A stretch of 49,407 bases of DNA from a virus. The DNA lies in IMG/VR virus record IMGVR_UViG_3300015203_000004, positions 1-49,407 of that record, one strand, 5' to 3'. Numbering within the stretch: the stretch's first letter is position 1; each line of letters starts with the position of its first letter. A model generated the notes under the pieces. The model did no database searches. It worked only from the letters and a program-made list of their open reading frames with translations, and had not been told where the DNA came from. The position numbers and the translations under genes are program-made. Shown here piece after piece: positions 1 through 7,620 of the stretch.

Positions 1-99
1 ACATTACTATACATTTGCTTAACATTATCAAGATTACTTGACTGATTCTGCACGGTCGCAGCGCAATGTAAAGATTTCTTTGCTGTTCTTTGCCATATC
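1..99. repeat. Left copy of 99-bp exact direct terminal repeat (identical to 49309..49407)
   Basis: Base-by-base identity of acattactatacatttgcttaac...ctttgccatatc at both window ends. Confidence 0.95.
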
Positions 100-108
100 T
101 TAACCGAA

Positions 109-149
109 GGGGGCGGGGGGCTTTACAAAGTGGGGGAGGTTGGTGGGGG
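109..149 (+). other. G-tract cluster (possible G-quadruplex or packaging/pause signal) just inside the terminal repeat
   Basis: GGGGG C GGGGGG N11 GGGGG AGGTTGGT GGGGG, the only such G-run cluster in the window. Confidence 0.35.
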
Positions 150-174
150 ACCTCCTTGAATAGATACTTGGGAC

Positions 175-203
175 TTGCACTATTCCCCCCTATAAGGTAT
201 ACT
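175..203 (+). promoter_or_regulatory. Sigma70-like promoter TTGCAC-N17-TATACT, -10 ends 6 nt before ATG 210 (leaderless-type)
   Basis: TTGCAC 175-180, 17-nt spacer, TATACT 198-203, then TAGAGC ATG; same TAYACTTAGAG context as at 7589. Confidence 0.45.
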
Positions 204-209
204 TAGAGC

Positions 210-620
210 ATGAAAACAATACTGACTACCGACAAGAAATGTAGAGCTTGCCAAGAGAGTAAGCCTAGGACTGCTGAGTTCTTCTATCGTCTCGCATCCA
301 ACAAAGACGGGTTAGACTCCCGCTGTAAGAAGTGCGACAATACGAGAGTTGATAATAGAGATAGGGCTCGTTACCGCGGCATGAAGAGCGGACCGTGCGT
401 GGATTGCCACAACACTTACCAACCGTGTCAGATGTCCTTTGATCACAGGGACGGCACCGACAAGAAGTTTGACATCTCGCAGATGAAGTCTTACTCGGCT
501 GAGGCCTTTCGCATTGAGATTGAGAAGTGTGACCTAGTGTGTCTTAACTGTCATGCCCTCAGAACCTGGGTTCGCGCTAAGGATAGTCACAGACTAAAGT
601 CCCTGTCTAATGTACCTTAA
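210..620 (+). CDS. HNH endonuclease with N-terminal zinc-ribbon cysteines
   Basis: CRAC..CKKC, CVDC, FDHRDG...KCDLVCLNCH core HNH pattern. Confidence 0.8.
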   Translation: MKTILTTDKKCRACQESKPRTAEFFYRLASNKDGLDSRCKKCDNTRVDNRDRARYRGMKSGPCVDCHNTYQPCQMSFDHRDGTDKKFDISQMKSYSAEAFRIEIEKCDLVCLNCHALRTWVRAKDSHRLKSLSNVP

Positions 621-638
621 GGCTGTTACTATATTAAC

Positions 639-1808
639 ATGAAGATTTCTACTGCGTTACTTTCTCTTGCGTTAGCCATGACTGCTTGTATCCCGGCGAG
701 CATAGCTGATGCCTCTAACCGTTACCCGCCGCCAGATACGAACTGCACGTTCGTTAACTTCTCCAATCCCTACTGGCTGCCGGACTATTGTTACGTCCCG
801 TATGCTTCCAACTCGGTCTATAACATCCCGATCTCAGCCGGGTTCACTGTCGACCCGAACTCAGCCGCTTACATGTCATACTACGAATCGATCACGAACC
901 CGTTCTTCACGACGACGGTAGGATCAACCCAAGCGTGGGACGCGACGAATGACTTCGGCCATCCCGTCAACTTCAGTCACTCTGTTGACCCCTTAGTTTC
1001 CATTACCTGCGACGCCAACTGGTCAGGGAACTGCACAAACGTTACGCCGGGAATGAAGTTCCATATTCCCTTGAATGCACGTCCTGCTCAAGCCTCAGAC
1101 CATCACCTCACGATCATCGACACCACTACGGGCAACGAACTGGACCTGTGGGGAGCCGGTCAAGACCCAAGCCAACTACCAAATCATAACTTCCTTCCGT
1201 TGTCGAGTAACATCGTTATCAACGGTAACATCCTTACGTCATCCGCCGGATATGGACCTATCACCGGAACAGGACTAGGGTTTGGGCAGACTCATTCCCA
1301 GATGGCTCAGTGGGGCGGTGTTATCCGCCAACCGGAGCTTATGGAAGGACACATCAACCACACCATCGGGATCGTAGCCCCCTGCACCAACACCTCGGTT
1401 GTTTATCCCGCAGAGAATGCTGCAGCAGACACGGTCTGCGCTAATGGCAAGGGTGCTCCATACGGTGCACGGTTCTACCTTGCGATCTCTGATGCTCAGA
1501 TTGCTGCCCTTCCAGATCCCGTTTACGTCAAGACGATCTACACAGCACTCGCTCATTACGGAGCGTACATCAACGACACCAACAACTCAGGGTCGTTCGG
1601 CGTAGACTTCGAGAGTGACCAGATGTACGTCTCCTCCAACTACACGAACCCCGGCTGCCCAACGAACGGGGCACTATGCACACCGATCTCCGCATACATG
1701 CACTCCATCGGCGACCCAGGATGGAACGGGCATACGTACGTTATGAACATGAGTTCCTCAGTAATCAACACCTACGGGAGGTGGCTGCTACCTCCAGTTG
1801 CGCACTAA
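639..1808 (+). CDS. Secreted protein or lipoprotein of unknown function (possible glycan-active enzyme)
   Basis: N-terminus MKISTALLSLALAMTACIPASIA/DA (signal peptide, lipobox-like MTAC); long unbroken ORF followed by its own hairpin. Confidence 0.6.
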   Translation: MKISTALLSLALAMTACIPASIADASNRYPPPDTNCTFVNFSNPYWLPDYCYVPYASNSVYNIPISAGFTVDPNSAAYMSYYESITNPFFTTTVGSTQAWDATNDFGHPVNFSHSVDPLVSITCDANWSGNCTNVTPGMKFHIPLNARPAQASDHHLTIIDTTTGNELDLWGAGQDPSQLPNHNFLPLSSNIVINGNILTSSAGYGPITGTGLGFGQTHSQMAQWGGVIRQPELMEGHINHTIGIVAPCTNTSVVYPAENAAADTVCANGKGAPYGARFYLAISDAQIAALPDPVYVKTIYTALAHYGAYINDTNNSGSFGVDFESDQMYVSSNYTNPGCPTNGALCTPISAYMHSIGDPGWNGHTYVMNMSSSVINTYGRWLLPPVAH

Positions 1809-1832
1809 GTCTTAACGAAAAAGAAACTAGGG

Positions 1833-1856
1833 ACCCTCCTCACCAGGAGGGTTTTC
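1833..1856 (+). terminator. Hairpin plus T-run after the secreted-protein gene, embedded in a longer GAAACTAG/CTAGTTC inverted repeat (1823..1863)
   Basis: accctcct cacc aggagggt tttt; outer arms gaaactag / ctagttc. Confidence 0.5.
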
Positions 1857-1880
1857 TAGTTCCATGCCGAACTATAGAGC

Positions 1881-2123
1881 ATGGACAATAACATTGAGAA
1901 CTTCCTAACCGCTCTAGCTAACAAGTCAGACCTCATCAAGTTCATAACTGACCTCCCAGAAGCTGCGACAGGGATACTGTGCTTCTCTGTTCCGTCAGAT
2001 GAACTGAGTGATGACGGAGAAGAACTGGAGTTGTTGAAGTATCGCAGCTACGGCAACATGACCAAGGGGGATGCGTTCCTTATGTGCCAAGAAGCTCAAG
2101 ACATGATCCGAGGACTGTTATGA
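1881..2123 (+). CDS. Hypothetical acidic protein, translationally coupled (ATGA) to the peptidase gene
   Basis: 80-aa ORF; stop overlaps ATG 2120. Confidence 0.5.
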   Translation: MDNNIENFLTALANKSDLIKFITDLPEAATGILCFSVPSDELSDDGEELELLKYRSYGNMTKGDAFLMCQEAQDMIRGLL

Positions 2124-2536
2124 CAGTACCAAAGCAGACCAACCCCTATAACTGCGGACCCACTGCCCTCAACTACTTCCTCCAACTCCACGGTTATAGC
2201 TTCGATATGGGCGACCTGGAGATGTACTGTGCACCGGATCCTGACATCGGTACCCTCCCCCAATCCATTGAGGTGTTCCTCGTAGAGAGTGGCATCGAGT
2301 ATGTGATAAAGCAGGAACCGAAGCTCGACCGCATCAACCTCCCCATCCTTGTTAACGTTAACTACGAGAACGATGGCGACCACTACATGGTCGCCCTAGA
2401 GATCGACGAGGATGAGAATCTTGTTCTGTGGGACCCGTACTACGGAGAACTGGCCTACTGGGCAGCCGACTACTTCAAGATGATGCACTACTCCCCACTC
2501 AAGAAACTAAAGAACTGGAGCCTTTACCTGTCATGA
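2120..2536 (+). CDS. Papain-like cysteine peptidase, C39-like
   Basis: NPYNCGPTALNY (Cys), GDHYMVAL (His), LWDPYYG (Asp) in C39 order and spacing; start set at ATG 2120 (ATGA overlap). Confidence 0.6.
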   Translation: MTVPKQTNPYNCGPTALNYFLQLHGYSFDMGDLEMYCAPDPDIGTLPQSIEVFLVESGIEYVIKQEPKLDRINLPILVNVNYENDGDHYMVALEIDEDENLVLWDPYYGELAYWAADYFKMMHYSPLKKLKNWSLYLS

Positions 2537-2880
2537 CGCACGAAGAAATTCTAGCGAAGGTATCAGTCAACTACCCAGCTAAGACCACTGACCACGTGAA
2601 GTGGTGTGAGCAATGGGTCTGGGAGGCTGAAGGCGACACAATCATTCAATGGAGTGCCAGAGTGGCTCATACAAATACAGACCTCTCTGGTATTGTGATT
2701 GATGAAGAGATTCAGTCGAAAAGGCGGAGTCTAGAACTCGCAGACGGAAGCACCTTTCCATACGTTTCCTACAGCATTAAGTTTCTCCCTAGTCAAATAG
2801 ACGAAGCAGTAAACATTATTGAGTCCGGTCAGGTCGCAGAGTTTCTAGAGCCTGAAGACGGCATCCCGCGTTTCCTATGA
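2533..2880 (+). CDS. Hypothetical protein
   Basis: ORF with ATGA coupling at 2533; no motif recognised. Confidence 0.45.
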   Translation: MTHEEILAKVSVNYPAKTTDHVKWCEQWVWEAEGDTIIQWSARVAHTNTDLSGIVIDEEIQSKRRSLELADGSTFPYVSYSIKFLPSQIDEAVNIIESGQVAEFLEPEDGIPRFL

Positions 2881-3104
2881 GCAGGTGGCCTACAGTCATT
2901 ACCGACCTTGAGGCCATAGCTATCCACGAAGATCGACGATCCTACCGAGACATCGGGGTAGCTTATGGAGTCTCCGCCATGACCGTATCAAACATCAAAG
3001 CTGGCAAGACCTGGAAGCATCTAGGTCTAAAGCCTACTACCAGAGGTAGGAACCACAAGTCCATTCCTAGAACTAGAGAGGATGAACACAATGCAAACAG
3101 CTAA
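2877..3104 (+). CDS. Small helix-turn-helix DNA-binding protein
   Basis: RSYRDIGVAYGVSAMTVSNIKAGKTW resembles an HTH. Confidence 0.45.
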   Translation: MSRWPTVITDLEAIAIHEDRRSYRDIGVAYGVSAMTVSNIKAGKTWKHLGLKPTTRGRNHKSIPRTREDEHNANS

Positions 3105-3420
3105 CCTGCCCATACCGTTCGGCGACGACATTGTAATCATTGAGAAGGAGAGAACGAATGTCAGCACAGGAGGACTCTATTTACCAGAGACAAGATTCGC
3201 AGACGAAAAACTTCGAGAAGGAACTGTTCTGGCTGTCGGACCTGGAATTTTGTACCCAGACGGTACTCGTTCCCCCGTGCAAGTGCAGCCAGGAGAGCAA
3301 GTCATCTTCTCCCGCATGGCAGGCATTGAGATCAAATACGAGCAAGGATCTTACTTAGTTCTCAGTGAGCGTTCCATCCTCGCAGTTCTTGGAGAGGCTC
3401 AATACGATGACGTGGAGTAA
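3082..3420 (+). CDS. groES: GroES/Cpn10-like co-chaperonin
   Basis: Aligns by eye to GroES: DDIVIIEKE, STGGLYLP (mobile loop), GTVLAVGPG, VQPGEQVIFS, YLVLSERSILAVL. Confidence 0.75.
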   Translation: MNTMQTANLPIPFGDDIVIIEKERTNVSTGGLYLPETRFADEKLREGTVLAVGPGILYPDGTRSPVQVQPGEQVIFSRMAGIEIKYEQGSYLVLSERSILAVLGEAQYDDVE

Positions 3421-3655
3421 AGGCGCAATCAAGCCCCTCACTAAGCAAGAGGTCATCGTACTCGAGTGTGTGCTCAGTGGCGTACACAACCCGGAGATAG
3501 CGGAGATCCTTGAACTATCAACGAGTACTGTTAAGGTACACAAGCACAACGCGATGAAGAAGTTGGGACTCATAAACAAGCCCAAGGAAGAAGTTCTGCA
3601 AGGCGTCAAGGATTACTTCGAACTATATGCCTATGATAAAGGACAAGAACGATAG
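3407..3655 (+). CDS. LuxR/GerE-type HTH transcriptional regulator
   Basis: LTKQEVIVLECVLSGVHNPEIAEILELSTSTVKVHKHNAMKKLG; start set at ATG 3407. Confidence 0.65.
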   Translation: MTWSKGAIKPLTKQEVIVLECVLSGVHNPEIAEILELSTSTVKVHKHNAMKKLGLINKPKEEVLQGVKDYFELYAYDKGQER

Positions 3656-4358
3656 AGACGTCCCCCACTGGCCCGACTGCAAATGTATCCTTTGTGCTAA
3701 GTTCTCGGCGATCTGTAAATGCGAAAGGTGCGGGGAGGAGGGACGAGAGTTCAAGACCTTCCCCGCCTATCGCAGGCACCAGACGTACAAACCGAAATTG
3801 AAACGGGGATCTAAGAACCCTCCGAGATCGGCGGTGGTACCAGATGGGCTCGGCTTCCTGCACAAGGTACTAGCAAACCAGGATCAGATTCAGAAGTACA
3901 ATCTCTCAGTCATCTCTCGCTTCTGCGCCGCTCTAAATGACATGAGGCCAACACAACACAATGGAAAGTTCACAAGAGTACACAAGCGTCTCCTGGAAGA
4001 ACTACTGGCATCTGAAAGTAATACACTCAGCCCGTTCCGATTGGAACTGCCCGCCACTCAGAGCAAAGCAGTACTTAAACTCGCACAGAGCGTTAACACA
4101 TCCCCTAACTCAGTTCTGGCCCTCCTGGTATCCTATGGGTTGGAGTTACTATCCAAAGAGTTGCGGTCGAACTCTGTGGCTCCGCCCATCGGAGATCCGA
4201 AAATCAACAAGACGGTCATGGTCGAGCGACAGACAGCCGCACAAGAGTTCCTTAGAGAGGACCCCGTAAAACATGTGGTCACCGAGTACAGCACACCCGC
4301 CAATCCCCTCTCAGCCGTCAACCGATCCCGCTTCATTCCGTCTTCAAAGGAGACATGA
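3627..4358 (+). CDS. Hypothetical protein with Cys-rich N-terminus
   Basis: CKCILC..CKCERC cluster; 243-aa ORF. Confidence 0.5.
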   Translation: MPMIKDKNDRDVPHWPDCKCILCAKFSAICKCERCGEEGREFKTFPAYRRHQTYKPKLKRGSKNPPRSAVVPDGLGFLHKVLANQDQIQKYNLSVISRFCAALNDMRPTQHNGKFTRVHKRLLEELLASESNTLSPFRLELPATQSKAVLKLAQSVNTSPNSVLALLVSYGLELLSKELRSNSVAPPIGDPKINKTVMVERQTAAQEFLREDPVKHVVTEYSTPANPLSAVNRSRFIPSSKET

Positions 4359-4719
4359 TTTTGAGTACCCCCCACTTTCAACACCCACTATCAGGCACGA
4401 GTGCCTCAACTCCGTTCCTCTCCCTCGAATTCGAGAGAACTGTCTCCTCATCAAACTCTACGTCCCCGGAGGGTTCACCAAAAGCGGCCTCTTCATTGAA
4501 CCGAAAAAAGGTCCCGCCATCTGGGGACACATCCTGGCCTTCCATCCCAACATCAGGCCGTATGTCAGCGTGGAGATGACCCCCGGGGACATGGTGTTGT
4601 TTCATAGATACGCGGATGATACAATACTAGTAGAGGGAAGTTTGACCGTCTCTATGGTCCATGTCACAAGCATCCAAGCCCTCTTCACTCCCCCCCTGGT
4701 GGAATTATGCATAAGCTAG
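4273..4719 (+). CDS. Second GroES/Cpn10-fold protein; 5' end unresolved (see finding on C6 run)
   Basis: RIRENCLLIKL, TKSGLFIEP, GHILAF, MTPGDMVLFH, VHVTSIQALF follow the GroES pattern. The only in-frame ATG (4273) overlaps the upstream gene by 86 nt. Confidence 0.5.
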   Translation: MWSPSTAHPPIPSQPSTDPASFRLQRRHDFEYPPLSTPTIRHECLNSVPLPRIRENCLLIKLYVPGGFTKSGLFIEPKKGPAIWGHILAFHPNIRPYVSVEMTPGDMVLFHRYADDTILVEGSLTVSMVHVTSIQALFTPPLVELCIS

Positions 4720-4916
4720 ACGTAGCGGCAATCATATCTCAAGTAGCTGGCTTGTCCATCCTAGCATCAGATGCGACCTTTCAGACGTCTCTAACAACGC
4801 TCTTTGGATCAGATGGTCCGAAGATTGTAGCGGCGATAGGACTAATCTCCCTCATAGCCTCCACGGTTCTCCGCATTGTCGGATCCCCCTCGACTTCAAC
4901 AGGAGTACCCAAATGA
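4707..4916 (+). CDS. Putative holin (small two-TM membrane protein)
   Basis: Hydrophobic segments AAIISQVAGLSILA and IVAAIGLISLIASTVLRIV; sits upstream of the amidase. Confidence 0.45.
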   Translation: MHKLDVAAIISQVAGLSILASDATFQTSLTTLFGSDGPKIVAAIGLISLIASTVLRIVGSPSTSTGVPK

Positions 4917-5170
4917 CGCTTTCAAACTATTTCACTCTTGCCAGTCAGTTCTTCTTCAAGAAGACCCCTACGTTTGTCTTTCGTCTAGGTCCTGACAAGG
5001 TTTCTGTTGCTGTTTCAGCAGCTACGAGCGCACTGCCCCTAAGTATCGGCTTCAGTCAGGCCCTCCAACTTGTTAGCCTCATTGCCGGTAATGCGACGGC
5101 AACCCCTTTCACTGCCGGATTCTTAATCAATGGAGATATCGAAGTCACTGTTACCATCTCTAAGATCTAA
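4913..5170 (+). CDS. Hypothetical protein in lysis cassette
   Basis: ATGA-coupled 85-aa ORF between holin candidate and endolysin. Confidence 0.4.
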   Translation: MTLSNYFTLASQFFFKKTPTFVFRLGPDKVSVAVSAATSALPLSIGFSQALQLVSLIAGNATATPFTAGFLINGDIEVTVTISKI

Positions 5171-5700
5171 TGGACATCAAGAGTATTAGTTATCCTGCAC
5201 CGGGGGCGATGGCCCCCCGGTCCGTAGGGTTAATTACAGATTTCATTATTCATCATACCGCCGGTAATCCTAACCAGACCCCCCTTGAAATAGACGCAGA
5301 GCACAGAGCACGCGGCATGGCGATGATCGCCTATAACTGGGTGATAACCCCAGACGGGGCTACTTATGAGGGACGTCCTATTGCTTATGAGTCTGCTGCC
5401 ACTTATGGCCGTAACCCTGAGTCTGTATCTGTGGCTCTCACTGGAAACTTCCAATCCAACGATAAGGGATATACAGGTCCCCCAACCGTTCCACAGATCG
5501 TATCTCTAGAGAAACTCTGTCTCTATATCCACGTTACTCGCCCATCTATCGCCCGTACTATCGGTCATCGCGATGTAGCCCCCATGTTTTACCCAAGTAA
5601 TCAGGGGGACTACTCAACGGCCTGTCCGGGTGACAAACTCTATAACCTCATCCCTGAGATCAAGAAGTATGTGATGGACTCTCATCACGGGAGAATGTAA
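5170..5700 (+). CDS. Endolysin, N-acetylmuramoyl-L-alanine amidase (Amidase_2/PGRP type)
   Basis: FIIHHTAG, AYNWVITPDG, GHRDV, ACPG zinc-ligand pattern. Confidence 0.8.
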   Translation: MDIKSISYPAPGAMAPRSVGLITDFIIHHTAGNPNQTPLEIDAEHRARGMAMIAYNWVITPDGATYEGRPIAYESAATYGRNPESVSVALTGNFQSNDKGYTGPPTVPQIVSLEKLCLYIHVTRPSIARTIGHRDVAPMFYPSNQGDYSTACPGDKLYNLIPEIKKYVMDSHHGRM

Positions 5701-5961
5701 ATGGACTTTGGCGATCTTTACATGAACAAAGAGGTTTTCCTCTTGCAAGTCACAGAGGAAGCGGTCATCATCTTCAATACCTCTCGTGGGGAGACACAAG
5801 TCACGGCCTTCACTCACTCTCAATGGGGTCACCTATGTAAGGCAGTAGAGGACATGAAGGAAGAACTAAAAGCAGATATGAAGGCCCTTCCAGGTAACAC
5901 AGAGAATACTCTTAGAAGGCCCCTACTCAGTGAGATATCATTTAAGGACTTCCCAAAATAA
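5701..5961 (+). CDS. Hypothetical protein (small terminase candidate by position only)
   Basis: 86-aa ORF abutting TerL (ATAATG overlap). Confidence 0.3.
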   Translation: MDFGDLYMNKEVFLLQVTEEAVIIFNTSRGETQVTAFTHSQWGHLCKAVEDMKEELKADMKALPGNTENTLRRPLLSEISFKDFPK

Positions 5962-7565
5962 TGTCAGATGACTTCTTCGACTTCTTAGAGACAAATGAAG
6001 AAGCAATAGTCCCTGATGAACAAGCTACTTTGGTTGAACCGAAGTGGCTTTTCTCGTTGTGTAAGGATACACTTGGGATGAGGGATATGATGCCTCAGCC
6101 GCATTATGACCTTTGTAATATCTTCGAGAGTGCTGTAGGAGACTGTCAGTTCAGTGGAAAATCCCAAAAACTCATTATGGTTGGAGTACCGCGAGGATCG
6201 TTCAAAACGTCTATCGCAACTGAGGGATTACCTCTCGGCGTCCTTAAACGTAATCCAAACGCTAGAATACTCCTTGACTCCTTCAGACATGATGTATCAA
6301 AAGAACGCCTTAGCGCGACTGCTGGACACATCACAAACAATACTGCTTTCCATAGACTTTATGGTAATGACTGGAAGCCAGCCTTCCGGGAAGCCGCCTG
6401 GAGTGACAGCAGAATAACCATATCTAAACGGACTAAGATTCTTAAGGAACCGTCCATAGACACCTCGGGTGTGGACAGATCGAAGACCGGAAGCCACTAT
6501 GATCTCATCATTGCGGACGATCTTGTCACGGACACTAATATTTATACGGCTAAAAGTAGACAAAAAGTTTACGATCATATTATGGATTTGTTACCTATTC
6601 TGGAACCTGGCGGAACTCTTGTTCTTATCTTCACCCGCTGGCATACGGACGATGCATATGGGAAAATTATTAGAATTGATGAGGATAGAGTTAGGAACGG
6701 AAAACCTCCCTTCTTCGAGAAACTAATACGCTCTTGTTTCGATGGCCCCAACGGACTCTACTTTCCCAGTAAGCAAGACTTTGAGTTTCTCTGTAATAAG
6801 CGAGAGCAACTTAAAGAACGTAAGTTCTCCTGTCAGTATCTCAACAACCCGATATCTGATAGTGATAGAACTTTTAAGATGGACTGTCTCCAGGAGCCTG
6901 ACTTTCAGTTTTACTTATCAGACGGTCAAGGAATAGTAAAAACGAATGATGGACAATACCCCGTCTACACCACAATGGCCTGGGACACCGCAGGAAGTAA
7001 GTCAACTGCTAGATCGGATTACCACGGACTTACAGTGGTTGGAACGGATCTCTTCTCCAGGTGGTGGATCCCCGTGGCTGAAGGTGTTAAGGGAACTCCG
7101 ACGGAAGTCGTCAATAGAGTCGTTGCCCATATCCTTACCTACAGACCACAGGTTCTCCTGATTGAGGCAGTCGGATCCTATGCCCATTGGGCAGATCATG
7201 TCTATGCTAGACTTGAACCTCTCGGCATCTCTCTCCAGATTGAAGAGATTAGTCCGCATGGGCAACCGAAAGAAGCGCGTATCGAGCAACTAGAGCCCCT
7301 ATGGACAGCAAGACGCATATTTATTCAGAAGGGACTGCATGAACTCATTAATCAACTTGATTCTTTCACTCCTACTTCTTTACCCGATCATGATGATGTC
7401 ATTGATTCTCTTGCAATGCATTTGGGTTTTACTCGCCCTGGTGACGATAACGTCAGAAACTCAGGTCCGGTTAACGTCGTGGATCAAGAATGGGTTAAAA
7501 GACGATTAAGAGTACAGGGACAAATCGGAGGAGTCTGGTCCAGAGGTACCAGATGGGCAACTTGA
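5961..7565 (+). CDS. terL: Terminase large subunit
   Basis: VGVPRGSFKTS (Walker A-like), YDLIIADDLV (Walker B), AWDTAGS and DDVIDSLA nuclease-domain acidic motifs. Confidence 0.85.
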   Translation: MSDDFFDFLETNEEAIVPDEQATLVEPKWLFSLCKDTLGMRDMMPQPHYDLCNIFESAVGDCQFSGKSQKLIMVGVPRGSFKTSIATEGLPLGVLKRNPNARILLDSFRHDVSKERLSATAGHITNNTAFHRLYGNDWKPAFREAAWSDSRITISKRTKILKEPSIDTSGVDRSKTGSHYDLIIADDLVTDTNIYTAKSRQKVYDHIMDLLPILEPGGTLVLIFTRWHTDDAYGKIIRIDEDRVRNGKPPFFEKLIRSCFDGPNGLYFPSKQDFEFLCNKREQLKERKFSCQYLNNPISDSDRTFKMDCLQEPDFQFYLSDGQGIVKTNDGQYPVYTTMAWDTAGSKSTARSDYHGLTVVGTDLFSRWWIPVAEGVKGTPTEVVNRVVAHILTYRPQVLLIEAVGSYAHWADHVYARLEPLGISLQIEEISPHGQPKEARIEQLEPLWTARRIFIQKGLHELINQLDSFTPTSLPDHDDVIDSLAMHLGFTRPGDDNVRNSGPVNVVDQEWVKRRLRVQGQIGGVWSRGTRWAT

Positions 7566-7594
7566 TTGCATTGTTAACACATTCTTGATACACT
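7566..7594 (+). promoter_or_regulatory. Sigma70-like promoter TTGCAT-N17-TACACT directly after the terL stop
   Basis: TTGCAT 7566-7571, 17 nt, TACACT 7589-7594, followed by TAGAGG as at 204; AAAGGAG RBS at 7609. Confidence 0.45.
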
Positions 7595-7620
7595 TAGAGG
7601 GAATTCTTAAAGGAGTCCCT

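Noticed and set aside
4355-4579. 74-aa ORF starting at the coupled ATG 4355 as an independent gene
   Set aside because: The product is S/P/T-rich low complexity and lies entirely over the conserved GroES-like frame. It is retained only as the possible entry frame for the -1 shift hypothesis.
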